Shown piece by piece: positions 52,079-64,000 of a stretch of DNA of 64,000 nucleotides. The stretch covers positions 20,212,001 through 20,276,000 of the forward strand of contig NC_043022.1 of the NCBI RefSeq assembly GCF_006345805.1, written 5' to 3'. Positions within the stretch are counted from its first letter, which is position 1. Each line of letters opens with the position of its first letter. The notes beneath the pieces are model-generated. The model had not been told where the DNA came from. It searched no databases and worked only from the letters and a program-made list of their open reading frames with translations. This DNA is from Octopus sinensis (Eukaryota). Made by a program: the position numbers and the translations under genes.

Positions 52079-52255
52079 TATGGGCATTTGTTGAGGAGGG
52101 TGCTTGAGTTTGAGGTAAATGGACTGCGAAAGCAAGATAGACCAAGAAAAACGTGGAGGAGGAGATTGGGAAGGTTGACTTGAGAAGGGAGGACACTCAA
52201 AATGGGGTAGATCTGGCCACCCCATTAACGGGGACAAAACCCGAATTTAAAACAC
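52079..52255 (+). mobile_element. RTE-clade LINE 3' fragment
   Basis: YGHLLRRVLEFEVNGLRKQDRPRKTWRRR matches the GH-x-LRR-x-L-x-FEV-x-G-x-R-x2-GRP-x2-TW RTE terminus. Confidence 0.7.
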
Positions 52256-52489
52256 TGAATGATTATCGTGATTATGATCATTATGGTTGATGTAATCGAC
52301 TTAACCTCTCTCCCAAAATTGCTGGCCTTGTGCCAAAATTTTGAACTAGTTCTAATAGTTAACTCCTTTGAGCTCATATTTCTATTGAAATTCTCCGTTT
52401 ACAGGTTTTAATCAGTTTTGAAATTAATCAAATATTTAATAGGGTTCAGAAAAATAAGCAAATTTTTTCATCATTTTCATTATTAAGAT

Positions 52490-52995
52490 GGGTTTTGGAA
52501 TGTAGCTTATCAAAAGACAAAAATATCTTGGTATATTAAAATGTATTAGGAAAATAACAAAAGACAAATATATATATATATATATATATTGGTATATTAT
52601 GTTTGGAGCATGACTTAAATAACAAATGTACATTATATATTAAGATGATATTTGGTACATAACAAAAGAAAAGCATGTTTTTGGTATATTAAAATGGTGT
52701 TTGGAATATAACATAACAAAAGACAAATATATATTAGTATTTTAAGATGATGTTTGGAACATAACAAACGACAAATATATATCCTTGTATATTAATAGAG
52801 TGTTTGAAACCTGTCAAAAGACAAATGTATTTGGGTATATTAAGATGATGTTTAGAACAGAACAAAAATCAAATATATAATGGTACGTTAAGGTAGTGTT
52901 ACTAAAAGACAAATATAAATTGGTATATTGTGTGTCGTGTTGGGAACATGAAATAAGATAAATGTATATTGGTATACTAATATGGTGTTTGGAAC
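52490..52995. repeat. Degenerate minisatellite, about 10 x about 50 bp
   Basis: Recurring aaaagacaaat(a)tatattggtatattaagatgatgtttggaacataac. Confidence 0.85.
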
Positions 52996-53699
52996 TAAAC
53001 GTAATTGTTCTAAGATGATGGAATTATGATGGATTCTATATTTCATGTGTAACGTAATTTTTGCCCTTGGGTAGAAACTGTTATTTCCTATTTTTTAACC
53101 CCTAGAAAGTGTGAAAAATGGCTAATATTTCCTTCAAATTTGCTTTTGTTACAAACCCCAAAGAATCCCTTATTTCTTTATTGCCCACAAGGGGCTAAAC
53201 GTAGAGGGGACAAACAAGGACAGACATAGGTATTAAGTCAATTACATGGACCCCAGTGCGTAACTGGTGCTTAATTTATCGACCCCGAAAGGATGAAAGG
53301 CAAAGTCGACCTCGGCGGAATTTGAACTCAAACGTAACAGCTGATGAAATACCTATTTCTTTACTACGCACAAGGGGCTAAAAACAGAGAGGACAAACAA
53401 GGACAGACAAACGGATTAAGTCGATTACATCGACCCCAGTGCGTAACTGGTGCTTAATTTATCGACCCCGAAAGGATGAAAGGCAAAGTCGACCTCGGCA
53501 GAATTTGAACTCAGAACGTAACGGCAGACGAAATACCGCTAAGCATTTCGCCCGGCATGCTAGCGCTGATAGGGTATGAACTGTGGTGAAGAGAAAAGGA
53601 TAATGATATTTTTAGGTGTACATAGTAGCTGTATAATGTGTACACACAGACAAACAAACAAGCGATCTTCAAATTTAGTTGTCTAAGATAGTGAAGTCG

Positions 53700-53980
53700 T
53701 TAAAGGAGAATTGCTGAGAGAGGGAGGGAGGGAGGAGGTGTGAGAGAGAGAGGGGGAAAGTGAAGAAGGGGGAGATTTTTCCCATGATTGACGTTGAGTT
53801 CTCTCTTAGTCATATGGCTTAATGAAATCGGACTTGTTGATAAAAAAACACCAAGATTTGGGGGAAGGGTCAGAGGCTGGAAGAGGAGGAGGAGAAGGAG
53901 GGTTGCTTCGGGGAGAGAGAAAAAGAGAAAGACGACTGGCAGGGTAGGTTAGACTAGGTAGGCTACTACGTAGGTAAGTC
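53700..53980 (+). promoter_or_regulatory. Candidate promoter / non-coding first exon of MIB2
   Basis: Non-repetitive purine/GC-richer island with CpGs and a TGACGT motif. It ends in a consensus donor TAG|GTAAGT (53973/53974), about 3.2 kb upstream of the MIB2 acceptor. The MIB2 ATG exon needs an upstream exon. Confidence 0.3.
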
Positions 53981-54174
53981 GGTCGGTGGGCCGGGAGGGA
54001 GGGAGGTGGATGGGTGTGTGGGTAGGTAGACAACACTAGAACTGGTTCGGTAGGTATGATGGCACCATGCTGCACACCATTCTCTGACACTTTCCACTGC
54101 TGGAAAGTTGTACAAATATTTAACTATTAGAATACAGTAAATATTATTGTTCTTGATATGTTTGATCTCTCTCC

Positions 54175-54205
<31 letters not shown>

Positions 54206-54322
54206 TTTCTCCCTCCTTCATCTCTGTTTCTCTTTCTCTCAACCTTTTTGTCTCTGTTGAACTGTGTATTTCCACCACCCCCGCTTTCACTGGCTTCTTT
54301 TTTCCCATCTGTTTATCTCTCG

Positions 54323-54355
<33 letters not shown>

Positions 54356-54405
54356 CATATATATCTATCTGTCTATCTACATATCTATCTATCTATCTAT
54401 CTACA

Positions 54406-54439
<34 letters not shown>

Positions 54440-54554
54440 CATATCTATCTATCTATATCTATCTATTTTTTCTACCTATCTATCTATCTATCTATCAATC
54501 TACATATCTATCTATCTATATCTATCTATCTATCTATCTATTTATCTATCTACA

Positions 54555-54612
<58 letters not shown>

Positions 54613-55487
54613 CATATGTATCTATCTATCTTTCTATCACAGTGTATGTATCTCTCTCATATTGTTTCCCTGCTCCCTATCTCTGCCCGTCTATCCCCAT
54701 CTATTTATCTGCCTTCCTAGTTTGCCCTCTGTCTGCAAATCAACTAATTGTGAAATATCACATTTTCTTAATTATTTACCAATTACTATTATGAAAGTAC
54801 ACTAAAACACCCCTTGCCTTTCCTATGCTATTTACTTAGCTATATGTTAGACCTGTATTTATTTGTATCTTTAGTCTTAGACTTTATTGTAAATATCTTC
54901 TTTACGAATTTTATCATTATTATTTTTATTGTTACTATTATTATTATTATTATTTTTATTATTATTATTATTATAATTATCATCATTTTTTGTTGTTTTA
55001 ATTTTTGTTTGTTGAAATATTTAAAGCTGTTTGTGATTCACAGACATATATGCATACAGACACATGCCTACATATACACACACACACACACACATACATA
55101 CATAAACACATACATACATAAACACATACATACATAAATACATACATACACACACACACACATACATACATAAATACATACACACACACATACATACATA
55201 CATACATACATACATACACACACACATACACACACATGCACACACACACACATGCATACATACAGATGTACACATATATACATGCACTGACACACAGATG
55301 TCACTTTGCATATGATGTAACAACATGTCTGGTCACATATTCCTGTTAAATTACCTCCAGGCTACATTCTTGACCATTCTTACGAAGAGCAAATAACTGA
55401 AAGACACTTAGTATGTCATATATAATAAATGTGTGTATGTGTACACCTGTCGTGCGCAAACACACTGGGAGTTTGTGTGTGTTTGTG

Positions 55488-55534
<47 letters not shown>

Positions 55535-55574
55535 GAATTTATATGTATTCAGGTGTTTATGATTATTTCTTTTC

Positions 55575-56001
55575 TTTCTTTTTCTTTTGCTTGTTTCAGT
55601 CATTTGACTGCGGCCATGCTGGAGCACCGCCTTTAGTCGAGCAAATCGACCCCGGGACTTATTCTTTGTAAGCCCAGTACTTATTCTATCGGCCTCTTTT
55701 TGCCGAACCGCTAAGTGACGGGGACGTAAACACACCAGCATCCAGCATCAGTTGTGTAGCAATGCTAGGGGGACAAACACAGACACACAAACACACACAC
55801 ATACATATATATATATACATATATACGATGGGCTTCTTTCAGTTTCCGTCTACCAAATCCACTCACAAGGCATTGGTCGGCCCGGGGCTATAGCAGAAGA
55901 CACTTGCCCAAGACACTTGCTCAAGGTGCCACGCAGTGGGACTGAACCCAGAACCAAGTGGTTCGTAAGCAAGCTACTTACCACACAGCCACTCTTATGC
56001 C
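55575..56001 (-). mobile_element. SINE family A, full length, with two small internal duplications
   Basis: Family sequence carrying duplicated ccagcat and agacacttgc(c/t)ca segments. Confidence 0.9.
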
Positions 56002-56531
56002 TATATATATATATATATATATCATCATCATCATCATCATCATACATCCATTTTCCATGTTGTAATGAGTTGGACAGTTTGATAGGAGCTGGGCAGCTGA
56101 AGAGCTTTTCAGTTTCCATGTCTGTCTTGTCATATTTTCTACAGCTGGATGCCCTTTCTAATGCTAACCACTTTTCAGGGTCTACTGGGTGCTTTTATGC
56201 GGCACTGGCATGGGTGCTTTTACATGGCACTAGTACAGGTGCTTTTTATGTGGCATCAGAGCCTACAAGGGTACAAGATTAGGAACACTCACCTAAAGAG
56301 GGATGCAGGGGACAAGCATATATGCAAGGGCAACCGTCATTTTATATAGCTTACACACAAACACACAGGTGTTGCTGTGTGGTAAGAAGCTTACTTCCTA
56401 TCCACATGGTTCCAGGTTCAGTCTCTCTGCAAGACACCTTGGGCAAGTGTCTTCTACTTTAGCTTTGGGCCAACCAAAACCTGAGTGGATTTGGTAGATG
56501 GTAGCTGAAAGAAGCCTGTTGTGTATGTATG

Positions 56532-56584
<53 letters not shown>

Positions 56585-56730
56585 TATATGTATGTATGTA
56601 ATGCATGGATGTCTGTATGTATGCATGCATGCATGTATGTGTGTGTGTGTATATCTGTGTATGTGTTATTCATGTATATATATGTGTATTTATTTGTGTT
56701 ATCTATCTATCTATCTATCTATCTATATAT

Positions 56731-56767
<37 letters not shown>

Positions 56768-56822
56768 TTGTCTCTTCATCCATCCATCCATTCATCCATC
56801 CATCTCTATATCTATATATATA

Positions 56823-56853
<31 letters not shown>

Positions 56854-57232
56854 ATAAATATACTGTATTTGATGAAACATAAGATGTACTTTTTTTCCCA
56901 ATAAATATCTCAGAATATCACAAAGGGTTCTATATGTGAAGTTGAGCTTCCTATAAGCTTTAATGCTCAGAAAGCATTGTTCCTTAAATATGCTTTTCAA
57001 AAATTGGAGTGTGTTGTATCTACCTGTGCATCTTTTATGCCCTCAGATTTTGTATCTGTATCTACTCTCACCCATTAATCCATAGATGTGTGTATAAGAA
57101 TGTATGTATATATTCATAGATATTTATATAATTGTATTTTTCTTTCTTTTATTATTGTCTTTCAGATTTTCCCCATTGGCCTCTAGGGACACTAATAAGC
57201 TCCTCTCAGCCGGGGGAGGCACAGCTGAAGGA

Positions 57233-57455
57233 ATGGATGTTGGCCTGCGTGTGACACGTGGCCCCGATTGGAAGTGGGGCAACCAGGATGGTGGCGTGGG
57301 CAACATCGGAACCGTCATTGAAATAGGAAAACCCGGCAGTGCGACATCACCAGACAAGACCGTGGTCGTCCAGTGGGATCACGGTTCTCGCACAAACTAT
57401 CGCATCGGTTATCAAGGGGCATATGACCTCAGAGTCTTCGACAATGCTCCGAGTG
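57233..57455 (+). CDS. MIB2: First coding exon of E3 ubiquitin ligase MIB2 (MIB/HERC2 domain); the full exon is 57166-57455
   Basis: Translates [74 protein letters not shown](G). The [20 protein letters not shown] insertion and TNYRIGYQG are MIB2-type rather than MIB1-type. The acceptor is pyrimidine-rich (ttattgtctttcag|57166) and the donor is G|gttagt at 57455/57456 (phase 1). Confidence 0.95.
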
Positions 57456-57669
57456 GTTAGTTTTGTTTTATATTATCAAAAATTTCTTTTTCTTGTTTTG
57501 TTGTTATGACTTAATCCTTTAGCATTCACATTATTCTCTCAAATGTAATACTTTTATCAGTCACTTCTACCAAACCACTAAGCTATGGGCATGTAAGCTG
57601 GTCATCAAGCAGTAGTGAAGGACACATACAGGCACAAAGATATATATATATATACACATACAAACACGC

Positions 57670-57697
<28 letters not shown>

Positions 57698-57702
<5 letters not shown>

Positions 57703-57810
57703 AATATAAGAGAGTGACCACTATATGGTCGACTCTAGCGCTAAAAATAGATCCGCTATGGTATTAGCGCTAGAGTCAACCATATAGTGGTCACTCTCTT
57801 ATATTTGTGT
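57698..57810. repeat. Near-perfect inverted repeat with 47-bp arms and a 19-nt loop
   Basis: acacaaatataagagagtgaccactatatggtcgactctagcgctaa pairs with ttagcgctagagtcaaccatatagtggtcactctcttatatttgtgt, with one mismatch. Confidence 0.95.
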
Positions 57811-57908
57811 ATGAATTTTTATTGTATCCCTGGTTTTTATGCGCTAAGCCACTTGGTGTTAAATTGATGGTATTATTAAATTAATATCCAATTTTTCACC
57901 CTTATTTT

Positions 57909-57944
<36 letters not shown>

Positions 57945-58112
57945 CAGGCTTCTTTCAGTTTTCATGTACCAAATCCACTCACAAGGCTTCGATTGACCCA
58001 AGGCTATATATACTAGAAGAAACCTGCTCAAGGTGTCACACAGTGGGACTGAACCCAAAACCATGTGGTTGGGAAGCAAGCTTCTTACGATATAGCCATA
58101 CCTTCTTATATA

Positions 58113-58322
58113 TGGGGAGGGGCTAAAAAGTTCCTGGCTTTGGATAAAGGAAAATACAAAAGGATCAGTTAATCATGATTTTATTCAACATATTCCCCTC
58201 TCAGATTCAGTGGCCCTTCCATTTATCTAAGCCCTGTAAAAGAACTTGGAAAGCTGGGCCCTCGAACCTGGCCTCTCACGATGCCCTTAAAACCAGGAAC
58301 TTTTCTGCCCCCCCCCCTCATA
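58113..58322. mobile_element. Mariner-type MITE, same family
   Basis: ta|tggggaggggctaaaaagttcctggcttt ... aaaaccaggaacttttctgcccccccccctca|ta, with TA flanks. The internal sequence is shared with the 50148 copy. Confidence 0.75.
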
Positions 58323-58811
58323 CATAAAAGTAAGTTTGTGTTTATTTACGAAAAGTGTTTTCTCCATTTATTAGAAGAATCCTCACCTTATTGGAAAATA
58401 TATAAAAAAAATATATACAACCAAAATTAACCAATATATATTGGCCGATTCGTTAGTTTGATCTTTAAAGGTCTTCCTTTATTAATGATAGTTCATGAAG
58501 AAATTTATGAAAGCTTTTAATCTTTCGTAATTATGAAAAAATATCTCACAGTATTTATTTTATGTATGTATGGATGTATGTATGTTGTAGACAAATTAAC
58601 AAGTAAATATATATTTAAATTAAATTGTGATTTTTATATTTCAACATCAGATAGAGTTCCAGGGCAGTTTCTTTCTTTTATTTTTTTCCAAAGTTCTATT
58701 GGAAATTGGTTGGGAAAGAAAAGAAGGAAGAGTAAATCATTAAATAAAATAATCTTTTTAAACAAAAAAAAGCAAAAACAGTTTATATTAAAACAAGTAT
58801 ATGTACATACA

Positions 58812-58993
58812 GGCGCAGGAGTAGCTGTGTGGTAAGTAGCTTGCTAACCAACCACATGGTTCCGGGTTCAGTTCCACTGCGTGGCATCTTGGGCAAGTGT
58901 CTTCTGCTATAGCCCCGGGCCAACCAATGCCTTGTGAGTGGATTTGGTAGACGGAAACTGAAAGAAGCCTGTCGTATATATATATATATATAT

Positions 58994-59024
<31 letters not shown>

Positions 59025-59243
59025 ATGTGTTTGTGTGTCTGTGTTTGTCCCCCTAGCATTGCTTGACAACCGATGCTGGTGTATTTACGTCCCCGTCACT
59101 TAGCGGTTCGGCAAAAGAGACCGTTAGAATAAGTACTGGGCTTACAAAGAATAAGTCCCAGGGTCGAGGTGCTCGACTAAAAAGGCGGTGCTCCAGCATG
59201 GCCGCAGTCAAATGACTGAAACAAGTAAAAGAGTAAAAGAGTA
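58812..59243 (+). mobile_element. SINE family A, full length
   Basis: Runs from ggcgcaggagtagctgtgtgg to acaagtaaaagagtaaaagag. Confidence 0.9.
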
Positions 59244-59416
59244 ATACATGTCTGTTTGTCTGCCTATCTGTCCTTCTGTCCTTCCTATGTATATGGAGGA
59301 ATATATGTAAATATGTGTATATATTATATTAATGTTTATTTCTAAGTTCAGTTATAATAAGAATAATTTTACATTAATCTGATGGGTTACTCTAATTCTT
59401 TTGCAGAGTACAAATT

Positions 59417-59541
59417 TATTATTCTTATACAAGAATGTTGACAGTAACCTCAAAGTTTTGGCCAGCTAAATAGTACAATGATTGTTTAGCTGGCTGAAAC
59501 TTCAAAATCACTGTCAACAACATTCTTATATAAGAATAATA
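59417..59541. repeat. Degenerate inverted repeat with about 57-bp arms and a 10-nt loop
   Basis: tattattcttatacaagaatgttgacagtaacctcaaagttttggccagctaaata pairs with tgtttagctggctgaaacttcaaaatcactgtcaacaacattcttatataagaataata. Confidence 0.85.
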
Positions 59542-61261
59542 TATATATGTACGCATGTGTGTGTATGTACAGTCCAACCCATGCCAGCTTGGAAAATGGA
59601 CATGAAACGAAGATGATAAAATGGAGTATATATACATACATTGCTGTGTGATTAAGACTTTTGCTTCCCAATCACACAGTTGTAGGTTCAATTTCTTTGT
59701 TTGCCATATCAAGCATTTTGTACTTTAGTTCAGTGCTGACGAATTAAGTGGGTGTGGAAATGATGATGATATATATCATCATCATCATCATCATCATCGT
59801 TTAACGTCCGTTCTCCATGCTAGCATGGGTTGGACGGTTCGACCGGGGTTCTGGGAAGCCAGAAGGCTGCACCAGGCTCCAGTCTAATCTGGCAGTATTT
59901 ATTTATCTATTTATATCTATAAGAGTATGTAATATATATTGCTGTCCAACATGATGATACATGTAATTACTTATATGTAATATAGATTATTGTCCAATGT
60001 GATGATATATATAATGTATTGATTTATATGTTGTATATATTACTGTCCAGCCCATGCCAGTATGGAAAATGGACATTAAAAGGTGATGATGATACACACA
60101 CACACACACACAGAGGTTTATAGACTTGTTGTACTTGTGCTTTGTAATTATGTGCTTAATGCATGGGAAAAAATTAAATAGGACAAGCAGGAATGACCTT
60201 AAGATTAATATGTTTATGTTTATAGATGTATTACATGTACCCATGTTTTGTAATAAGGTGTTTAATGCATGGGAAAAACTAAATAGGACAAACAGAAACG
60301 ACTTTAAGATAACAAAGGACATTACACGATGAGCAAATAAGATTTACCAGCTACAGATAAATATCTCTCAGTGAGCATATAGATACATGTGTTTTCAAAC
60401 ATTGAAACATCAACCAAATCATGAATGCAGTGACAGAACACCTGTATAATGGTCAATAAATGTCTGTTACAGTCATTGAAGAATAGAGACCGTGTTTAGA
60501 TATATACATTTGATTAATTTTGATTATATTAATTAATATTTATTTAGATTTAATTAATTTTGATTACATTTATGTTTACTACTACTATTAATAATAGGAA
60601 ATTAATATTTTGCTTATTACCCCCCCCCCCATGCTATCAGCGACAATCATTTATTATCTCCCTTAATACCAATAATCGCTGTTATGAAATTATAGCAATG
60701 CAGTCAACAATAATTATGAAATCATGCAAATTTAACAACATTAATTACAAAATCATGAATATTTTTGAAAACAATGAAATTTGTTGATTACATAAACATC
60801 ATAGGTACAGGCGTGGCTGTGGTGAGAAGCTTACTTCCTAACCACATGGTTCTGGGTTCAGTCCCATAGTGTGGCATCTTGGGCAAGTGTCTTCCACTAT
60901 AGCCTCAGACTGACGAAAGCCTTCTGAATGGATTTGGTCGACAGAAACTGAAAGAAGCCTGTTGTATATATACAGAGTGCGATGGGTAAATTGTTGCTAT
61001 TTTATAAGCTTAATTTTGCACATGTGCATTGTTTATTTTTAATTTTGTTGACTACACAGTATAGTAGGGTCAGTTGGGCACCATCTGTAAGAAAAACAGT
61101 GCCATGACACAATTTACTCTGCCTGAGGTTATAGTAGATGACACTTGCCCAAGGTACTACACAGTGGGACTAAACCCAGAACTACAAGATTGGGAAGGAA
61201 TGTTCTTACCACACAGCCACACCTGTGCCCATATATAAATGGGCACAGGTATGGCTGTGTG

Positions 61262-61300
<39 letters not shown>

Positions 61301-62492
61301 TCATTATTTAGCATCTACTTTTCGATTTTCACATGGGTCGCACGAAGATTGTTGCAGTGGATTCTCTATGGCTGGATGCCCTACCTGTTATCAACCCTCA
61401 CCTGTTTCCAAATAAGGTGATATTTCTTCATGGACAGACATGTTTCCATGGAAGATTGGAGACTAATGACACTGCTTGTATGACAATGACACTCATTTAC
61501 AGCTATCATATGATTTCAAGTTAAGGAGACAGCAACACACACACAACAGGCTTCTTTCAGTTTCTGCCTGCCAAATCCACTCACAAGGCTTAAGTCAACC
61601 TGAGGTTATAGTAGAAGAAAGTTGCTTAAGGTGCCATGCTGTAGGACTGAACCCAAAACCATGTGATTGAGAAGCAAGTTTCTTACCACAGGGCCACACC
61701 TATGTGTGTTTGTGTGTGTATAAAAATGTATGTGTGTGTGTGTATTTACTTAAATATATGAGTGTTTGTATCTATCTATCGATGTATGTATGTGTGTGTG
61801 TGAGTTAGCAAATGTGAAATTTCTAAAAAAAGGTAATAAAAAAAGGACAGTAAAAAGAAGCAAATAAACAAAATTAAAGGAGGGGTGGGGGGACCCCCAG
61901 TTCTCAATTCCAATGTGTTTGTTTGTTTGTGTATTGCTTGTATTCCAAGTTCCATCTTTGTAGTGAAGAATTTTTGAAGAGTGACCTTTATCATCTGAAG
62001 AACGTGTTTTAACCATTACAGCTATTTTCATAATATTCCAGTCTGCATTATGATCAAAGGAATAACTGTTAATAGGGAGCTGCTGGTTTCCACCTACCTT
62101 TCATGCCATACGCATGCACACAGACACACATGCAAACACATATATGCACACGTACACTATGATAGACATAGAAACAACACACAAGGTGATACACAGATTA
62201 ACAGGTTGATAGGTGTGTGTGTATATTTGTACATATATTTGGCGTATATCAATATATTGTCATATTGTGTTATAGACATAAGCATGCCTGTGTGGTTAAG
62301 AAGCTTGCTTCCTGGTCACATGTCTTGGGTTCAGTCCCACTGCACAGCTGGCACCTTGGGAAATGTCTTCTCTGTTTTCTGGCCAACTAAAGTTTTGTTA
62401 GTAGATTTGGTAGATGGAAGCTGAAAGAAGCCAGTTGTCATGTGTGTGTGTGTTTGTGTGTATATCTACGTTTCTATCTGTCTACCTGTTTG

Positions 62493-62610
<118 letters not shown>

Positions 62611-62651
62611 GACAAACAGGTAGACAGATAGAAACGTAGATATACACACAA

Positions 62652-62688
<37 letters not shown>

Positions 62689-64000
62689 ATTAATCCAAAC
62701 AAGAAAACACAGAAAAAAAGAGAAAAAAAAGGGAAAAAACACAGCAACGCAGGACGTGGAACAATTAAAGTATTATTGACGCTCAGGAAAGAAGGGAAGG
62801 AGGGTTTAACGTTTCGAGCGGAGCTCTTCGTCGGAAACAAGGAGAAGGAAAGATCCCAAGGAGGGAAGACAGAGGAGAAAATATTTGAGCTGGTGGTGCT
62901 TAAGAGATCACAGATATATATATATATATACAAATATTCTATAATTATAATAGGGGTCAGCTAATTGCTTCACCAACCCTAGCACTTTCAAATTTTATAA
63001 TTGGAAATGCTACACTGAAGAGAGAAGTAAGTAATTAAAACACTTCAATCTCGAAACACGTCTGTGGCTAATCAGAATCGTGTTGATTCATTTGTTTTCT
63101 CTTTGCCTATGTAAAAAAATGTGTTACTGTCGTAGAGATTCTTACAGTAGTAGAAAAGGAATTTTTAGCTCCTATTTCTAAATTCGATATGTGGTGAAGC
63201 AATTATCTGACACCCTATTATAATAATTTTTATAATTATAGAATATTTGTATAATTTTACTTATAACGGTTATTTTAATGTACTGATCTACTTGGTAAAA
63301 TTATTAATCAATTGATTGATTAATTCATCATCATCATCTTTTAACGTCCGCTTTCCATGCTAGCTTGGGTTGGACGGTTTTGACTGAGGGCTGGCGAACC
63401 AGATGGCTGCGCCAGGCTCCAATCTTGATCTGGCAGAGTTTCTACAGCTGGATGCCCTTCCTAACGCCAACAACTCCGAGAGTGTAGTGGGTGCTTTTTA
63501 TGTGCCACCGGCATGGGGTCCAATCAGGCGGTACTGGCAACGACCTCGCTCGAATCTTTTTACACGTGCCACTGCCACTTATTTAATTAATTTTACCCTT
63601 TTATTATTAATTTGAAATTATATATATATATGTATATATCCTTTGTGTTCGTTTACGGGAAACATTTTGAATATGCATATACAAGCTCCTATTCCATTAT
63701 GCCGGCTACAGCCAAATGATACTACTAACTAGCGATACTAGTTTTTTGAGGTTACACTGAGCTGTGTTGATATAATGTAGGGTAAATGATTACATGAATA
63801 TGATCCACCTGTTGTCATGGATACTACAGACTGTACTGTAATCATCCCAGGAATACAGACTGTGATCTTAAGAAACATGTGATCTGCGGAAACGCGCATA
63901 GCGATGCATGAAAATATTCATAAATTCCATCCATGGATTATCATTATTACTACACACACACACACAGACTTCATTTGCGTATTTGGTTTCTAAGATTCTT

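Noticed and set aside
54158-54805. 215-aa IYLS-repeat ORF (likewise the YI/HT/CV-repeat ORFs at 15851-16486, 30626-31192, 40476-41083)
   Set aside because: (TATC)n, (TA)n and (CA)n microsatellite artefacts.
57233-57455. Alternative assignment to MIB1, HERC2 or CUL7/9
   Set aside because: The [12 protein letters not shown] insertion and [13 protein letters not shown] fit MIB2. MIB1 lacks the insertion, and in HERC2/CUL proteins the domain is internal.

Overview
Eukaryotic, AT-rich, mostly intronic/intergenic DNA crowded with microsatellites and retroposons. The repeat families and composition point to an octopus genome (inference). There is one 100-N assembly gap at 21076-21175. The only confidently recognisable host gene is MIB2 (mind bomb 2 E3 ligase): its first coding exon lies on the + strand (exon 57166-57455, ATG 57233) and encodes the N-terminal MIB/HERC2 domain; no further MIB2 exon was found in the window. 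A second, unidentified coding exon is likely on the - strand at 1284-1426. The rest is at least four SINE families, degenerate LINE remnants (two R4/Dong-like, HERO, CR1-group, RTE, Penelope-like), Helitron, mariner-type and piggyBac-like non-autonomous elements, palindromic elements and minisatellites. Almost all ORFs in the supplied track are microsatellite or SINE artefacts. The most interesting signals are four: (1) a recurrent minimal hammerhead-ribozyme-like motif with covarying stems in several short repeat families; (2) a palindromic element carrying that motif on both strands around a tRNA-like Pol III head; (3) a SINE/LINE shared 3' tail with a compensatory stem-loop; (4) inverted SINE pairs and long hairpins bracketing the MIB2 exon. 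All alignments and folds were done by eye, so repeat boundaries are approximate.
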